Shown piece by piece: positions 7,360 through 14,579 of a stretch of 20,000 nt of DNA. The stretch comes from an uncultured virus (IMG/VR IMGVR_UViG_3300005083_000031) (taxonomy: Duplodnaviria; Heunggongvirae; Uroviricota; Caudoviricetes). Under the pieces are notes generated by a model. The model saw nothing but the letters and a program-made list of their open reading frames with translations, was not told the origin of the DNA and made no database searches. A program made the translations under genes and the position numbers. The stretch lies in the IMG/VR virus record IMGVR_UViG_3300005083_000031; one strand, 5' to 3'. Numbering within the stretch: position 1 is the first letter of the stretch; every line of letters starts with the position of its first letter.

Positions 7360-7392
7360 CAGTCCCTTGCGTTTTGGGCCCAGTCCCTTGCG
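7360..7392 (+). repeat. Direct repeat CAGTCCCTTGCG x2, 21-bp period
   Basis: Copies at 7360-7371 and 7381-7392. Confidence 0.8.
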
Positions 7393-7406
7393 GTAACTAG
7401 GAAAAC

Positions 7407-7450
7407 CAATTGACAAAAAGAAAAAATGAATTTTTTCTTTTTGGCAATTG
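7407..7450. repeat. 44-bp AT-rich inverted repeat CAATTGACAAAAAGAAAAAATG|AATTTTTTCTTTTTGGCAATTG
   Basis: 20 of 22 pairs complementary; extends imperfectly to 7400-7457 (GGAAA...TTTCC). Confidence 0.9.
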
Positions 7451-7512
7451 CCTTTCCCCTCCCCCTCCCCCACCCCCCTCCTCTCGGGGGGTGGGGGCCA
7501 CCTCGGTTGGGG

Positions 7513-7845
7513 TTAGCTCAGCTTGCGCTGGGCGGCGATGTTGAGGAGGCGAGCGGCATACTCGCGCACCTCGTCTGCGTTCATGCGCTTGCGGGTAGGC
7601 GCCTTGGCCTTGGCGGGCTTGCGGGAGGCGAGCTCCTTCTTGAGAGCCCGCATGCGCATGCGGTTTGCGTACGCCGTGACGGCGATGTCATCGATGCGCG
7701 TCTCCGCCTCGGCGATCTCGGCGTTGAGCTCCTCCTCGGACATGTCCGACATCGTGAGGCGCATCTCCGCCACGATGTCGTTGTCGTTGTCGGTCCTGAC
7801 TTGCCGCAACGCCTTCTTTTCGGCGTCCGTCATCTTGCTGGCCAT
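7513..7845 (-). CDS. Hypothetical helical/coiled-coil protein with a basic C-terminus (110 aa)
   Basis: ORF track; AAGGAAG SD; acidic heptad segment followed by a K/R-rich segment. Confidence 0.8.
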   Translation of the reverse strand: MASKMTDAEKKALRQVRTDNDNDIVAEMRLTMSDMSEEELNAEIAEAETRIDDIAVTAYANRMRMRALKKELASRKPAKAKAPTRKRMNADEVREYAARLLNIAAQRKLS

Positions 7846-8018
7846 GGTTCACTTCCTTGGGAAAAGATTTCGGGTAGGCTTGCGGTCAGCCTGTCTGGCC
7901 GCCTTCCTGCCCATGGGAGGAACTCGGGGGGCGGGGCCTTTGGACGGCGCCGGGCAAGGGCCGGCAAACATACTTAGGTACCCGTACACGCCTTCGCCGA
8001 AGTCGGCGGGTGTAGCGC

Positions 8019-8047
8019 TTGACTTCCCGGACTTCCCGCGATACACG
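8019..8047 (+). promoter_or_regulatory. Candidate sigma70-like promoter for the right arm (TTGACT-N17-TACACG)
   Basis: Good -35, 17-nt spacer, weak -10, about 20 nt upstream of the first plus-strand gene. A similar TAGACT-N17-TACGTA lies at 7235-7263. Confidence 0.4.
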
Positions 8048-8066
8048 CGTGTCATCGGAGGTGGAC

Positions 8067-9032
8067 ATGGCAGAAGGTCTTGACGCGATTGCGGAAGCGC
8101 TCGAGGTGGCGCGGTACACGGCGGCGGCGAATGCGCAGATCGCCCGTGACAAGGCGGCCTACGAGGCGGCGCTGCGGGAGAGCTACAATCCCGGCGCGGG
8201 TCCCTCCGCGGCGACGTGGGGGCAGCCGGATCCGTCGCACCGGCCCGAGTACGGGCCGCAGCGGGCGGAGGGGCGGCGCCCCTCGGCGCCGCAGAACAAG
8301 GTCATCGCGGCCCGGACGGCGTCGGGCCCCTCGCGGAAGGCGTCGGGCCCCTCGCGGAAGGCGAAGCCTACACCCCCCAATTCCGGCCCTCAGCGGCCGG
8401 AGCGTCCGTTGGATCAAGAGACGTCCGGCACGTATCCTCCCGAGACGCGCGTCGGAGGCGTCATCCTGCGTCAGAAGTTCAAGCCTTCCGCCCCGGCGGC
8501 GGATGTCGACACGGCCCCCTTGCGGGCGATGGGTCCCCCTCCCCCGTTCCCGGCGCGGGTGCAGGCCCCTGTGCCGAATGGCCCCCCGCTCCCTCCGGGG
8601 GCGCAGGACGAGCTTCCGGGGCAGTCGGCCATGGCCGCGGCCCTGGAGCGGGAGCGTGCGCGTCGTGCGCTGCAGGCCGCCATGGCGGCCCATGGCCAGT
8701 CGGAGCTTGACCGGGGCGGTTTCACGGGGCTTCCCCCGGAGGTGCCGGACGTCTATGACGAGGCGCTGGCGGCTGCGGGGCAGGCGTCCGGTGTCCCTCA
8801 GTTCAGAGATCCGATAGCCGACGCTTTCCGCACGCTTCTTGGCGCACTGGCCCTGGGTGGCCTGTCCCCGGCACCGCAGTTGGACCAACGGTGGCCCGTC
8901 TCCCCCGAGCCGGGGCCATGGGCGGGGCGCGTGACGGGGGGCGCCGCCTCCCTTCCCCCTCCGGTCCACGATCCGGGGCCATGGGCGGGGCGCGTGACGG
9001 GGGGCCGCTCCGGTCCTCGTGATGGCAGGTGA
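8067..9032 (+). CDS. Pro/Gly/Ala-rich, probably disordered hypothetical protein (321 aa) with internal repeats
   Basis: GGAGGT SD before ATG 8067; in-frame repeats at 8318-8363 (21-nt unit) and at 8910-8942 / 8973-9005. Confidence 0.7.
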   Translation: MAEGLDAIAEALEVARYTAAANAQIARDKAAYEAALRESYNPGAGPSAATWGQPDPSHRPEYGPQRAEGRRPSAPQNKVIAARTASGPSRKASGPSRKAKPTPPNSGPQRPERPLDQETSGTYPPETRVGGVILRQKFKPSAPAADVDTAPLRAMGPPPPFPARVQAPVPNGPPLPPGAQDELPGQSAMAAALERERARRALQAAMAAHGQSELDRGGFTGLPPEVPDVYDEALAAAGQASGVPQFRDPIADAFRTLLGALALGGLSPAPQLDQRWPVSPEPGPWAGRVTGGAASLPPPVHDPGPWAGRVTGGRSGPRDGR

Positions 9033-9598
9033 CGCCGATGTCGGTCCCCTATCGCACGATCCCCCGCAAGGTCTGGGCCTCCGCCGCGCTGATCGCGCTT
9101 CTGGGCGCGGGGGCGGCGACCATGTCGGTGACGGACATAGCGGACTTCGAGGGGTACGTCCCGGAGGTGTACGCGGACCCGGTGGGGATTCCCACGAAGT
9201 GTTTCGGGGACACCACCGATCTGGACCCCGGGAGGGTCTACACGTTCGACGAGTGCGTGCGGTCGCTGAACGATCACGCGGTGGAATTGATGAAGCCCGT
9301 GATGAAATGCGTCCCCTCCCTTTCCTCGCAGCCGGACGGGGTGAAGGCGGCGGTGGCGAGCATGGTCTACAACATCGGCAACGGCGCCTTCTGCAGATCC
9401 TCCGTTGCGGCGAAGTTCAACGCCGGGGACTGGGAGGGCGGGTGCAGGCGCATCGCCGAGATATACACGACGGCGAAGGGGAAGGTCCTGAAGGGTCTTG
9501 TCAATCGCCGCAACCGGGAGAGCGCGACATGCCTGTCGGGTCTGGCGTCTGGTGGTGGATCTGGTGCGTGCTCTCTGGCCTCGCCTTCTACGCGCTAG
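9029..9598 (+). CDS. Endolysin, GH24 (T4/P21-type) lysozyme with an N-terminal SAR-like segment
   Basis: Catalytic E-X8-D-X5-T (FEGYVPEVYADPVGIPT), YNIG, GLVNRRxxE..CL; Ala/Gly-rich hydrophobic N-terminus after RK. The start may be ATG 9038. Confidence 0.92.
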   Translation: MTPMSVPYRTIPRKVWASAALIALLGAGAATMSVTDIADFEGYVPEVYADPVGIPTKCFGDTTDLDPGRVYTFDECVRSLNDHAVELMKPVMKCVPSLSSQPDGVKAAVASMVYNIGNGAFCRSSVAAKFNAGDWEGGCRRIAEIYTTAKGKVLKGLVNRRNRESATCLSGLASGGGSGACSLASPSTR

Positions 9599-9618
9599 GG
9601 AGGATGGTGGCGTCATGA
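9529..9618 (+). CDS. Small membrane peptide overlapping the endolysin 3' end (29 aa, MPVGSGVWWWIWCVLSGLAFYALGRMVAS)
   Basis: GGGAG SD at 9516-9520; one hydrophobic helix; its stop overlaps the next ATG (ATGA). Confidence 0.45.
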   Translation: MPVGSGVWWWIWCVLSGLAFYALGRMVAS

Positions 9619-9908
9619 TGACGTATCTGAAGGCGGTGTTCACCACCCTGTCCGTGCTGATGGCTCTTCTCGTCATCTTCATGGGGTGGGCGCTGCGCGA
9701 TTTCGCCGTCTACGGGCCGCTCAGCCAGGAGCATTATGCGGCGCTTGGCGCAGGTCCCGGCGCGGCCCCCGTCTCCCGGGGCCGGGAGTGGGAGGGTGCG
9801 CTTGACGTCCTTCAGGACGTCGAGAGGCGCGACCTCTGGCTTCGGCGGATCGACCGCGTCGGTCGTCTCGACCGGATCGAGCGGACGGTGAGGGAGCTGG
9901 TGCACTGA
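9615..9908 (+). CDS. Membrane-anchored protein with an N-terminal TM helix and a helical C-terminus (i-spanin-like topology)
   Basis: GGGAGG SD; TM segment AVFTTLSVLMALLVIFMGWAL; directly after the endolysin. Confidence 0.6.
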   Translation: MMTYLKAVFTTLSVLMALLVIFMGWALRDFAVYGPLSQEHYAALGAGPGAAPVSRGREWEGALDVLQDVERRDLWLRRIDRVGRLDRIERTVRELVH

Positions 9909-10207
9909 TGTTCACGGCGATATCCACGTTTCTCAAGGGGATCCTCCCCTCGGTCTTCGGGGCTCTCGGGACTTCCGACAAGGTGCGGGAGATCGAGGCG
10001 CAGGCGCATCTGGAGGAGGCGAAGGCGCTGAAGAAGAGGATAAGCCCCCGCTATCTGATGCAGTACTGTCTGGTCCTCCTGTTGACGCTGGGTGGTCTCG
10101 GGTGGATACTGCACTGGCTGATGCCGACGGTCTTCACGGGGGCGCCCATGAAGGATGAGATAATTTCCCTCGCAAGGGTGGTTTCCGAAATCATAGGGAG
10201 CTGGTGA
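9908..10207 (+). CDS. Putative holin-like membrane protein (99 aa)
   Basis: Amphipathic N-terminus, charged linker, TM segment YCLVLLLTLGGLGWILHWL; in the lysis cluster; TGATG coupling. Confidence 0.55.
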   Translation: MFTAISTFLKGILPSVFGALGTSDKVREIEAQAHLEEAKALKKRISPRYLMQYCLVLLLTLGGLGWILHWLMPTVFTGAPMKDEIISLARVVSEIIGSW

Positions 10208-10950
10208 TGGCGACGGACGCATTCGGATACATGCCGGGGCCGCAGGAGAACTGGTTCGCGAACGAGCCGAACTACTTCGCGAACGACCCGGGCTACGGTC
10301 AGCAGAACTGGTTCGCGAACGACCCGGGCTACGGTCAGCAGAACTGGTTCGCGAACGGGCCCGAGCAGAACTACTTCACGAACGGCCCCGCCCAGCAGCC
10401 CGACTGGGATTCCTACTACCGGAGCCAGGGGTTCCAGCCCATCGGGGCGTCATGGCCGCCGCAGGGTGAGGAGGGGGTCGAGAAGGGGACCGGGGACTAC
10501 GGCATCCTCCGCCCCAACCGCGCCAGCCGCCGCATGCAGCGCGGGGCCCCGCCGATAACCCTCGACGAGTACAACGCCCGGGGGAGCATATTCGACGACC
10601 CGAACCGGAACATCTTCTCGAATCCCGGTCTCTACCAGCCTCCGCGGCAGCCGGAGCCCAACCGGCTCCTTCCCGGGATGGGGCTCGGGGGTCCTCTCGG
10701 CACCGTTCTCGGGCGGCTGTGGGGTGGCGGGCAGGCGCCAACATACGGCATGCCCGAGCCGCCGTACATGATGTCGCCGCATCCTCTCGGGCCGCGGCAC
10801 CAGTTGCCCGAGTGGGCCGCCCCGGACGTTCCGGGCCCGTTCCCGGGGCCCGAGTACTACCGTCCGGACGAGACCTTCCCGGACATGCGTCGCCCCTATG
10901 ACATCTACGGCAACCCCTCCCCCTACCGTTCCATCCCGGACAGGCTGTGA
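10207..10950 (+). CDS. Low-complexity N/Q/G/P/Y-rich repeat protein (about 247 aa)
   Basis: GGGAG SD and TGATG coupling; five N[WY]F[AT]N repeats. Confidence 0.75.
   Translation: MATDAFGYMPGPQENWFANEPNYFANDPGYGQQNWFANDPGYGQQNWFANGPEQNYFTNGPAQQPDWDSYYRSQGFQPIGASWPPQGEEGVEKGTGDYGILRPNRASRRMQRGAPPITLDEYNARGSIFDDPNRNIFSNPGLYQPPRQPEPNRLLPGMGLGGPLGTVLGRLWGGGQAPTYGMPEPPYMMSPHPLGPRHQLPEWAAPDVPGPFPGPEYYRPDETFPDMRRPYDIYGNPSPYRSIPDRL
10276..10357 (+). repeat. 36-nt in-frame tandem repeat, 2.3 copies (FANDPGYGQQNW)
   Basis: Exact copies at 10276-10311 and 10312-10347, plus a partial third. Confidence 0.95.
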
Positions 10951-11023
10951 CGGGTGCCGACGTGTGCGGATATGGGAGCGGCCTGCGAGGCCCCCTTCGA
11001 CCCTCGGGGAGTGGGTGGCTCTG

Positions 11024-11404
11024 ATGGACGAGTTGCGGACGCAGCTTGGCGAGCACAAGGGTCTTCTGTCGTCGCTGGAGAAGCGGCTGGAGCAGTTCAT
11101 GGAAGAGGTCAGGGACGACATCCGGGAGACCCGCGTCAAGGTGGAGGGCATGGAGGTCATGATGGCCCGCATGCAGACGTCCCTTGACGAGCACGTGAAG
11201 CACGACGCGGAGAAGTACCATCTGCTCGAGGAGCTTGCGTCGTCCCACGAGCAGTTGAAGCGGGAGCATGACGAGGGGCTGGCCCGGAACGCGGGGCGCG
11301 TTGAGGTGGCTCGGTGGGGCGGGGCCGCCATCGCGAAGCTGGCCGCGGCGGTCGCGGCTTGCGCGGGCGGGGTGCTGTATCTCTTCGAGAGGTTCGTGAA
11401 GTGA
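11024..11404 (+). CDS. Coiled-coil protein with a C-terminal TM helix (XhlA-like topology; possible lysis accessory)
   Basis: C-terminal part of track ORF 10898..11404; heptad pattern, then WGGAAIAKLAAAVAACAGGVLYLF. Start uncertain. Confidence 0.7.
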   Translation: MDELRTQLGEHKGLLSSLEKRLEQFMEEVRDDIRETRVKVEGMEVMMARMQTSLDEHVKHDAEKYHLLEELASSHEQLKREHDEGLARNAGRVEVARWGGAAIAKLAAAVAACAGGVLYLFERFVK

Positions 11405-11874
11405 GCGATTTCATACGGCTGGCGCAGGGGGATCCCTCCTGGTACGACGAGTACCGGTCGCACCTCCGCGATCCGTGGAACCCGATCCGTCGCCTTCCCG
11501 GCGGGCAGGAGCGGCGGTTCACGGACTGGATCCAGTCGCTGCCGTGGTTCGCGGACATGGCGGAGAGCAGCGGGTTCAACCGGGATCCCGGCATCTTCGG
11601 GCCCGGTCTCGCGCAGCACCTGACCCGTCCCGAGGAGTCGCTGTACGACTACAGGCGGGCGTGGCTGGACGGCCAGGGGCCGGGGGCCGAGCGCAACGCG
11701 AGCGACGGGTTCCAGCACTGGAACTCGGTGGCGTCGGACGGGACGTTCCTGAAGGCCCCGTGGCATCCGACGACGTGGATGGAGTTCTATTCGAGAGCGT
11801 ACCCGGGGGAGGATCCCGGGCGGTGGCGGACCCCCGAGGAGGCCCGCGACATGCGACCCCGTTTCGCATTCTAG
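11401..11874 (+). CDS. Hypothetical Trp-rich globular protein (157 aa, MSDFIRLAQG...)
   Basis: GTG start overlapping the upstream stop (GTGA), GAGG SD; motifs YDYRRAW, HW, LKAPWHPT. Confidence 0.75.
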   Translation: MSDFIRLAQGDPSWYDEYRSHLRDPWNPIRRLPGGQERRFTDWIQSLPWFADMAESSGFNRDPGIFGPGLAQHLTRPEESLYDYRRAWLDGQGPGAERNASDGFQHWNSVASDGTFLKAPWHPTTWMEFYSRAYPGEDPGRWRTPEEARDMRPRFAF

Positions 11875-11883
11875 GAGGCCGAC

Positions 11884-13139
11884 ATGGCGCTTGTGGACAG
11901 CGTTCTGATACACGACGCGGCGAACAGCCGCTTCCGCACGATGACGGTGACGGAGCGGATACCGTCCGCCCTTCTCGACCTGCCGGTGGTGGTGGACGAC
12001 TCCTCGACGGGTCTCGACACCACGTGGTCCAGCCGGAAGATCAGCGACACGTTCCCGACGACGCTGACGGTGCAGGCGATGATCGAGGAGTCCCACGGCT
12101 CGATGATGGCCTTCAGGGGCTATGTCGGGGTGGACCAGGGCAAGCTCCCCGCGGTGGTCGCGGACGGGGACTGGTGGTACGACTCGGCGGACGTCCTGCC
12201 CTCGGGCGGGGTGTTCATGGCGAAGCGGCGGGTCTCCGGGACGTGGATGGGGCCGTACAGCTACCAGGCGCAGACGCTGGACATGTGGCTGTACACGGCG
12301 CCCGACCCCAACGTGACGGTGTACTACGTCGGCGGGGAGTGGCTCTACACGGACACGACGGTGGATCTCTCGCCCTATCGCACGGGGGCGCAGCAGGACG
12401 CCCACGACATGTCGACGTACATGGGGCTCCCGCAGAACGACTCCGTGGTGCGGGTCGCGCAGAACCGCCAGTGGGTCCCCTTCCCGGCCTCGGCGGTCCT
12501 TGACGACGCCCAGGTGACGGTGTCGAGGGGCTGGAGCAGCGACAGAATATCATCCTATGTCGGCGAGCGGGCCGACGCCGCCTCGACGGCTGCCGTGTCC
12601 GCCGCCGTCGCGTACACCGACGGCGTGGCCTCCGGGTTCGCCACGACGGGGTACGTCCAGCAGGAGGCGTCCGCCGCCTCGGCGGGGGCCGTGTCCTTCG
12701 CCAGCGGCTACACCCTCGCCGCCTTCGACGCCGCGACGGCCTACGTCCAGCAGGAGTCCGCCGCCGCGTCCGCCGCCGCCTACGAGGCCGCGACGGCCTA
12801 CGTGGGTGGGCAGGGCTTCGCCACGCAGACGTGGGTCGGATCGCAGGGGTACGCCACGCAGACGTGGGTCTCGAACCAGACGTACGCCACGCAGGCGTAC
12901 GCGCAGTCGCAGGCCGATTCGGCCGCCGGGGCCGCCGTGGCGCAGGCCGACAGCAACATCTCCACGGTCTCCGGGGTGCTGCAGGCGCAGCTCGCGGCCA
13001 AGGTGACCGACGTCGCCGTCGCGGGCTCCTACGTCCGGGCCGCGGGCTCCTGGGTCTCGGCAACGGGGGGCGGGGGCTCCGCCAACGTCAGCGGCACCGT
13101 CGGCTACGTCGGCGTGTTCGGGTCGGGCGGCTCCGCCTA
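11884..13139 (+). CDS. Tail fibre-like protein A, N-terminal part (interrupted by an assembly gap)
   Basis: AGGAGG SD; DD..TWSS.KI motifs, Ala-rich YTD/YV stalk repeats, GYATQTWV repeats, a foldon-like motif. Confidence 0.75.
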
Positions 13140-13221
13140 NNNNNNNNNNNNNNNNNNNNNNNNNNNNNNNNNNNNNNNNNNNNNNNNNNNNNNNNNNNNN
13201 NNNNNNNNNNNNNNNNNNNNN
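13140..13221. other. Assembly gap (N run)
   Basis: 82 N characters. Confidence 1.
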
Positions 13222-13222
13222 G

Positions 13223-14566
13223 GGGACCCAGAGCGCCACTTTCACGACGTGGGCCTCCGGCGGCCAGTCCTTTGGAGGCACGGTTCTCACGACCCAGAGC
13301 AACGTCGAGATCTCCGCCCCGTACACGCTCGATCTGATGGGGGACCATAGCGCCTACCTCCGGACGGGGAGCGGTTCCGGCGCCTGGGACGTCATGGTCC
13401 AGATGGGCGGCGGCGTCATGGAGATCTCCGCGGCGAGCGGCGTCACCATTCACAACGTCGACCAGCCCTTCCTTTCCGGCGACGTCGCCAACAAGCTCTA
13501 TGTCGACAACGCCGTGGCCGGGGTCTCCGGGGGCGGCGTGCCCATCTCCGCCGCGGCCGGGGGCGTGGTCGGGTCCGCGTACAACTACGGGAACTCCATG
13601 TGGTTCCAGTTGTCCTCGGGCGGCACCAATCCCGTGGCCGACATCTACATGACGAAGGACGAGCTGCACCTGAAGGTGGACTCCCTGGGCGACGGGGCCG
13701 ATGTCGCGGCGGTCACCGTCACGCCGGCCGGCGTCAACATGACGGCTCCCGGCGGCACGCTCCGCGTGGCGTCCGGCGGCTTCGTCAGCGCGAACATCCC
13801 CATTGTCGGGGGCAACCTGGTCGTGTCCGGCTCCGCCACGGTCGACATCGAGGGGGTCGTGTCGGCGTGCCTCTACGCCGACTCCCTGGTCCAGTTCCTC
13901 GCGGGGTCCTACGGGATGTACGTCTCGTCCGGCTACGGGGCGGCGACCGTCTTCGCGAAGAGCAGCATGACCGGGACCGTCGCCGACTACGGGAACGTGA
14001 TCAGCATGGCGGTCCAGAGCTCGGGTGCCTCGAGCGCCTGCGCCATTGTCACCGTCGGGTCGAACGGCCCGGTCCTCTACGGATCGGGGGGCGGCAGCGC
14101 GGGCGCGCTCTACGTGATGTCCGGCGGCGTCAGCGCCAACGTCCCGTTCGCGGGCGTCCGGGGCTATCTGGACCTGAACGCCTCCCTGACCGTGTATGAC
14201 GACGTGTCCGGGAATTACGGCATCGTTCTCGCGAACAGCTCGGGGCTCGGCAATCCGGACATGGTCATCGCGGCCGGGGCCAACACGGCGTCGAACTACA
14301 TCGGCGGGAATCTTGCGCTTCGCGGTGGCGAGGGGCACCTCTCCGGCGGCGACATATACGTCGTTCCCGGGGACGCGACGAACGGCTCCGCCGGGAAGGT
14401 CTACGTGGGCGCCGGGCCCGCCGTGGGGTCCGTGTACATCGGCACGATCAGCACGATCGTCTACGGCCCGATGTATTCCGCGTCGGGGTCCTCCGCGGTC
14501 ACCAGCAATTCGCAGTATGTCACGCGTGCCGAGGTCTCCGCGATGATCTCGTCGGCCATGGCGTAA
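13223..14566 (+). CDS. Tail fibre-like protein, C-terminal part (probably continues the 11884 gene)
   Basis: The frame of track ORF 13337..14566 is open back to the gap (GTQSATFTTW...); DVANKLYVD neck motif; G/S/A/V-rich beta repeats. Confidence 0.7.
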   Translation, partial: GTQSATFTTWASGGQSFGGTVLTTQSNVEISAPYTLDLMGDHSAYLRTGSGSGAWDVMVQMGGGVMEISAASGVTIHNVDQPFLSGDVANKLYVDNAVAGVSGGGVPISAAAGGVVGSAYNYGNSMWFQLSSGGTNPVADIYMTKDELHLKVDSLGDGADVAAVTVTPAGVNMTAPGGTLRVASGGFVSANIPIVGGNLVVSGSATVDIEGVVSACLYADSLVQFLAGSYGMYVSSGYGAATVFAKSSMTGTVADYGNVISMAVQSSGASSACAIVTVGSNGPVLYGSGGGSAGALYVMSGGVSANVPFAGVRGYLDLNASLTVYDDVSGNYGIVLANSSGLGNPDMVIAAGANTASNYIGGNLALRGGEGHLSGGDIYVVPGDATNGSAGKVYVGAGPAVGSVYIGTISTIVYGPMYSASGSSAVTSNSQYVTRAEVSAMISSAMA

Positions 14567-14579
14567 GGGAGGGATCGAG

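Larger units (their letters stand above)
6692..7512. other. Non-coding, AT-enriched hinge between the divergent arms (candidate terminal-repeat/origin region)
   Basis: No credible ORFs; T-run at 7081-7094, C/G runs, several palindromes and direct repeats. Confidence 0.7.

Noticed and set aside
9736..9891. Embedded alternate-frame ORF with AGGAG SD inside the i-spanin-like gene, as an Rz1-like o-spanin
   Set aside because: The translation (MRRLAQVPARPPSPG...) has no hydrophobic signal, no lipobox and no Cys.
10240..10385. 36-nt repeats as a CRISPR array
   Set aside because: Copies are head to tail with no unique spacers, stay in frame within a CDS, and no cas genes are present.
13138..13350. 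Apparent stop or frameshift ending the 11884 gene
   Set aside because: Artefact of estimated gap length. TAN before the gap is probably Tyr, as in the paralogous module, and another frame is open right after the gap. The 18735..19760 track ORF has the same gap-induced frame problem.
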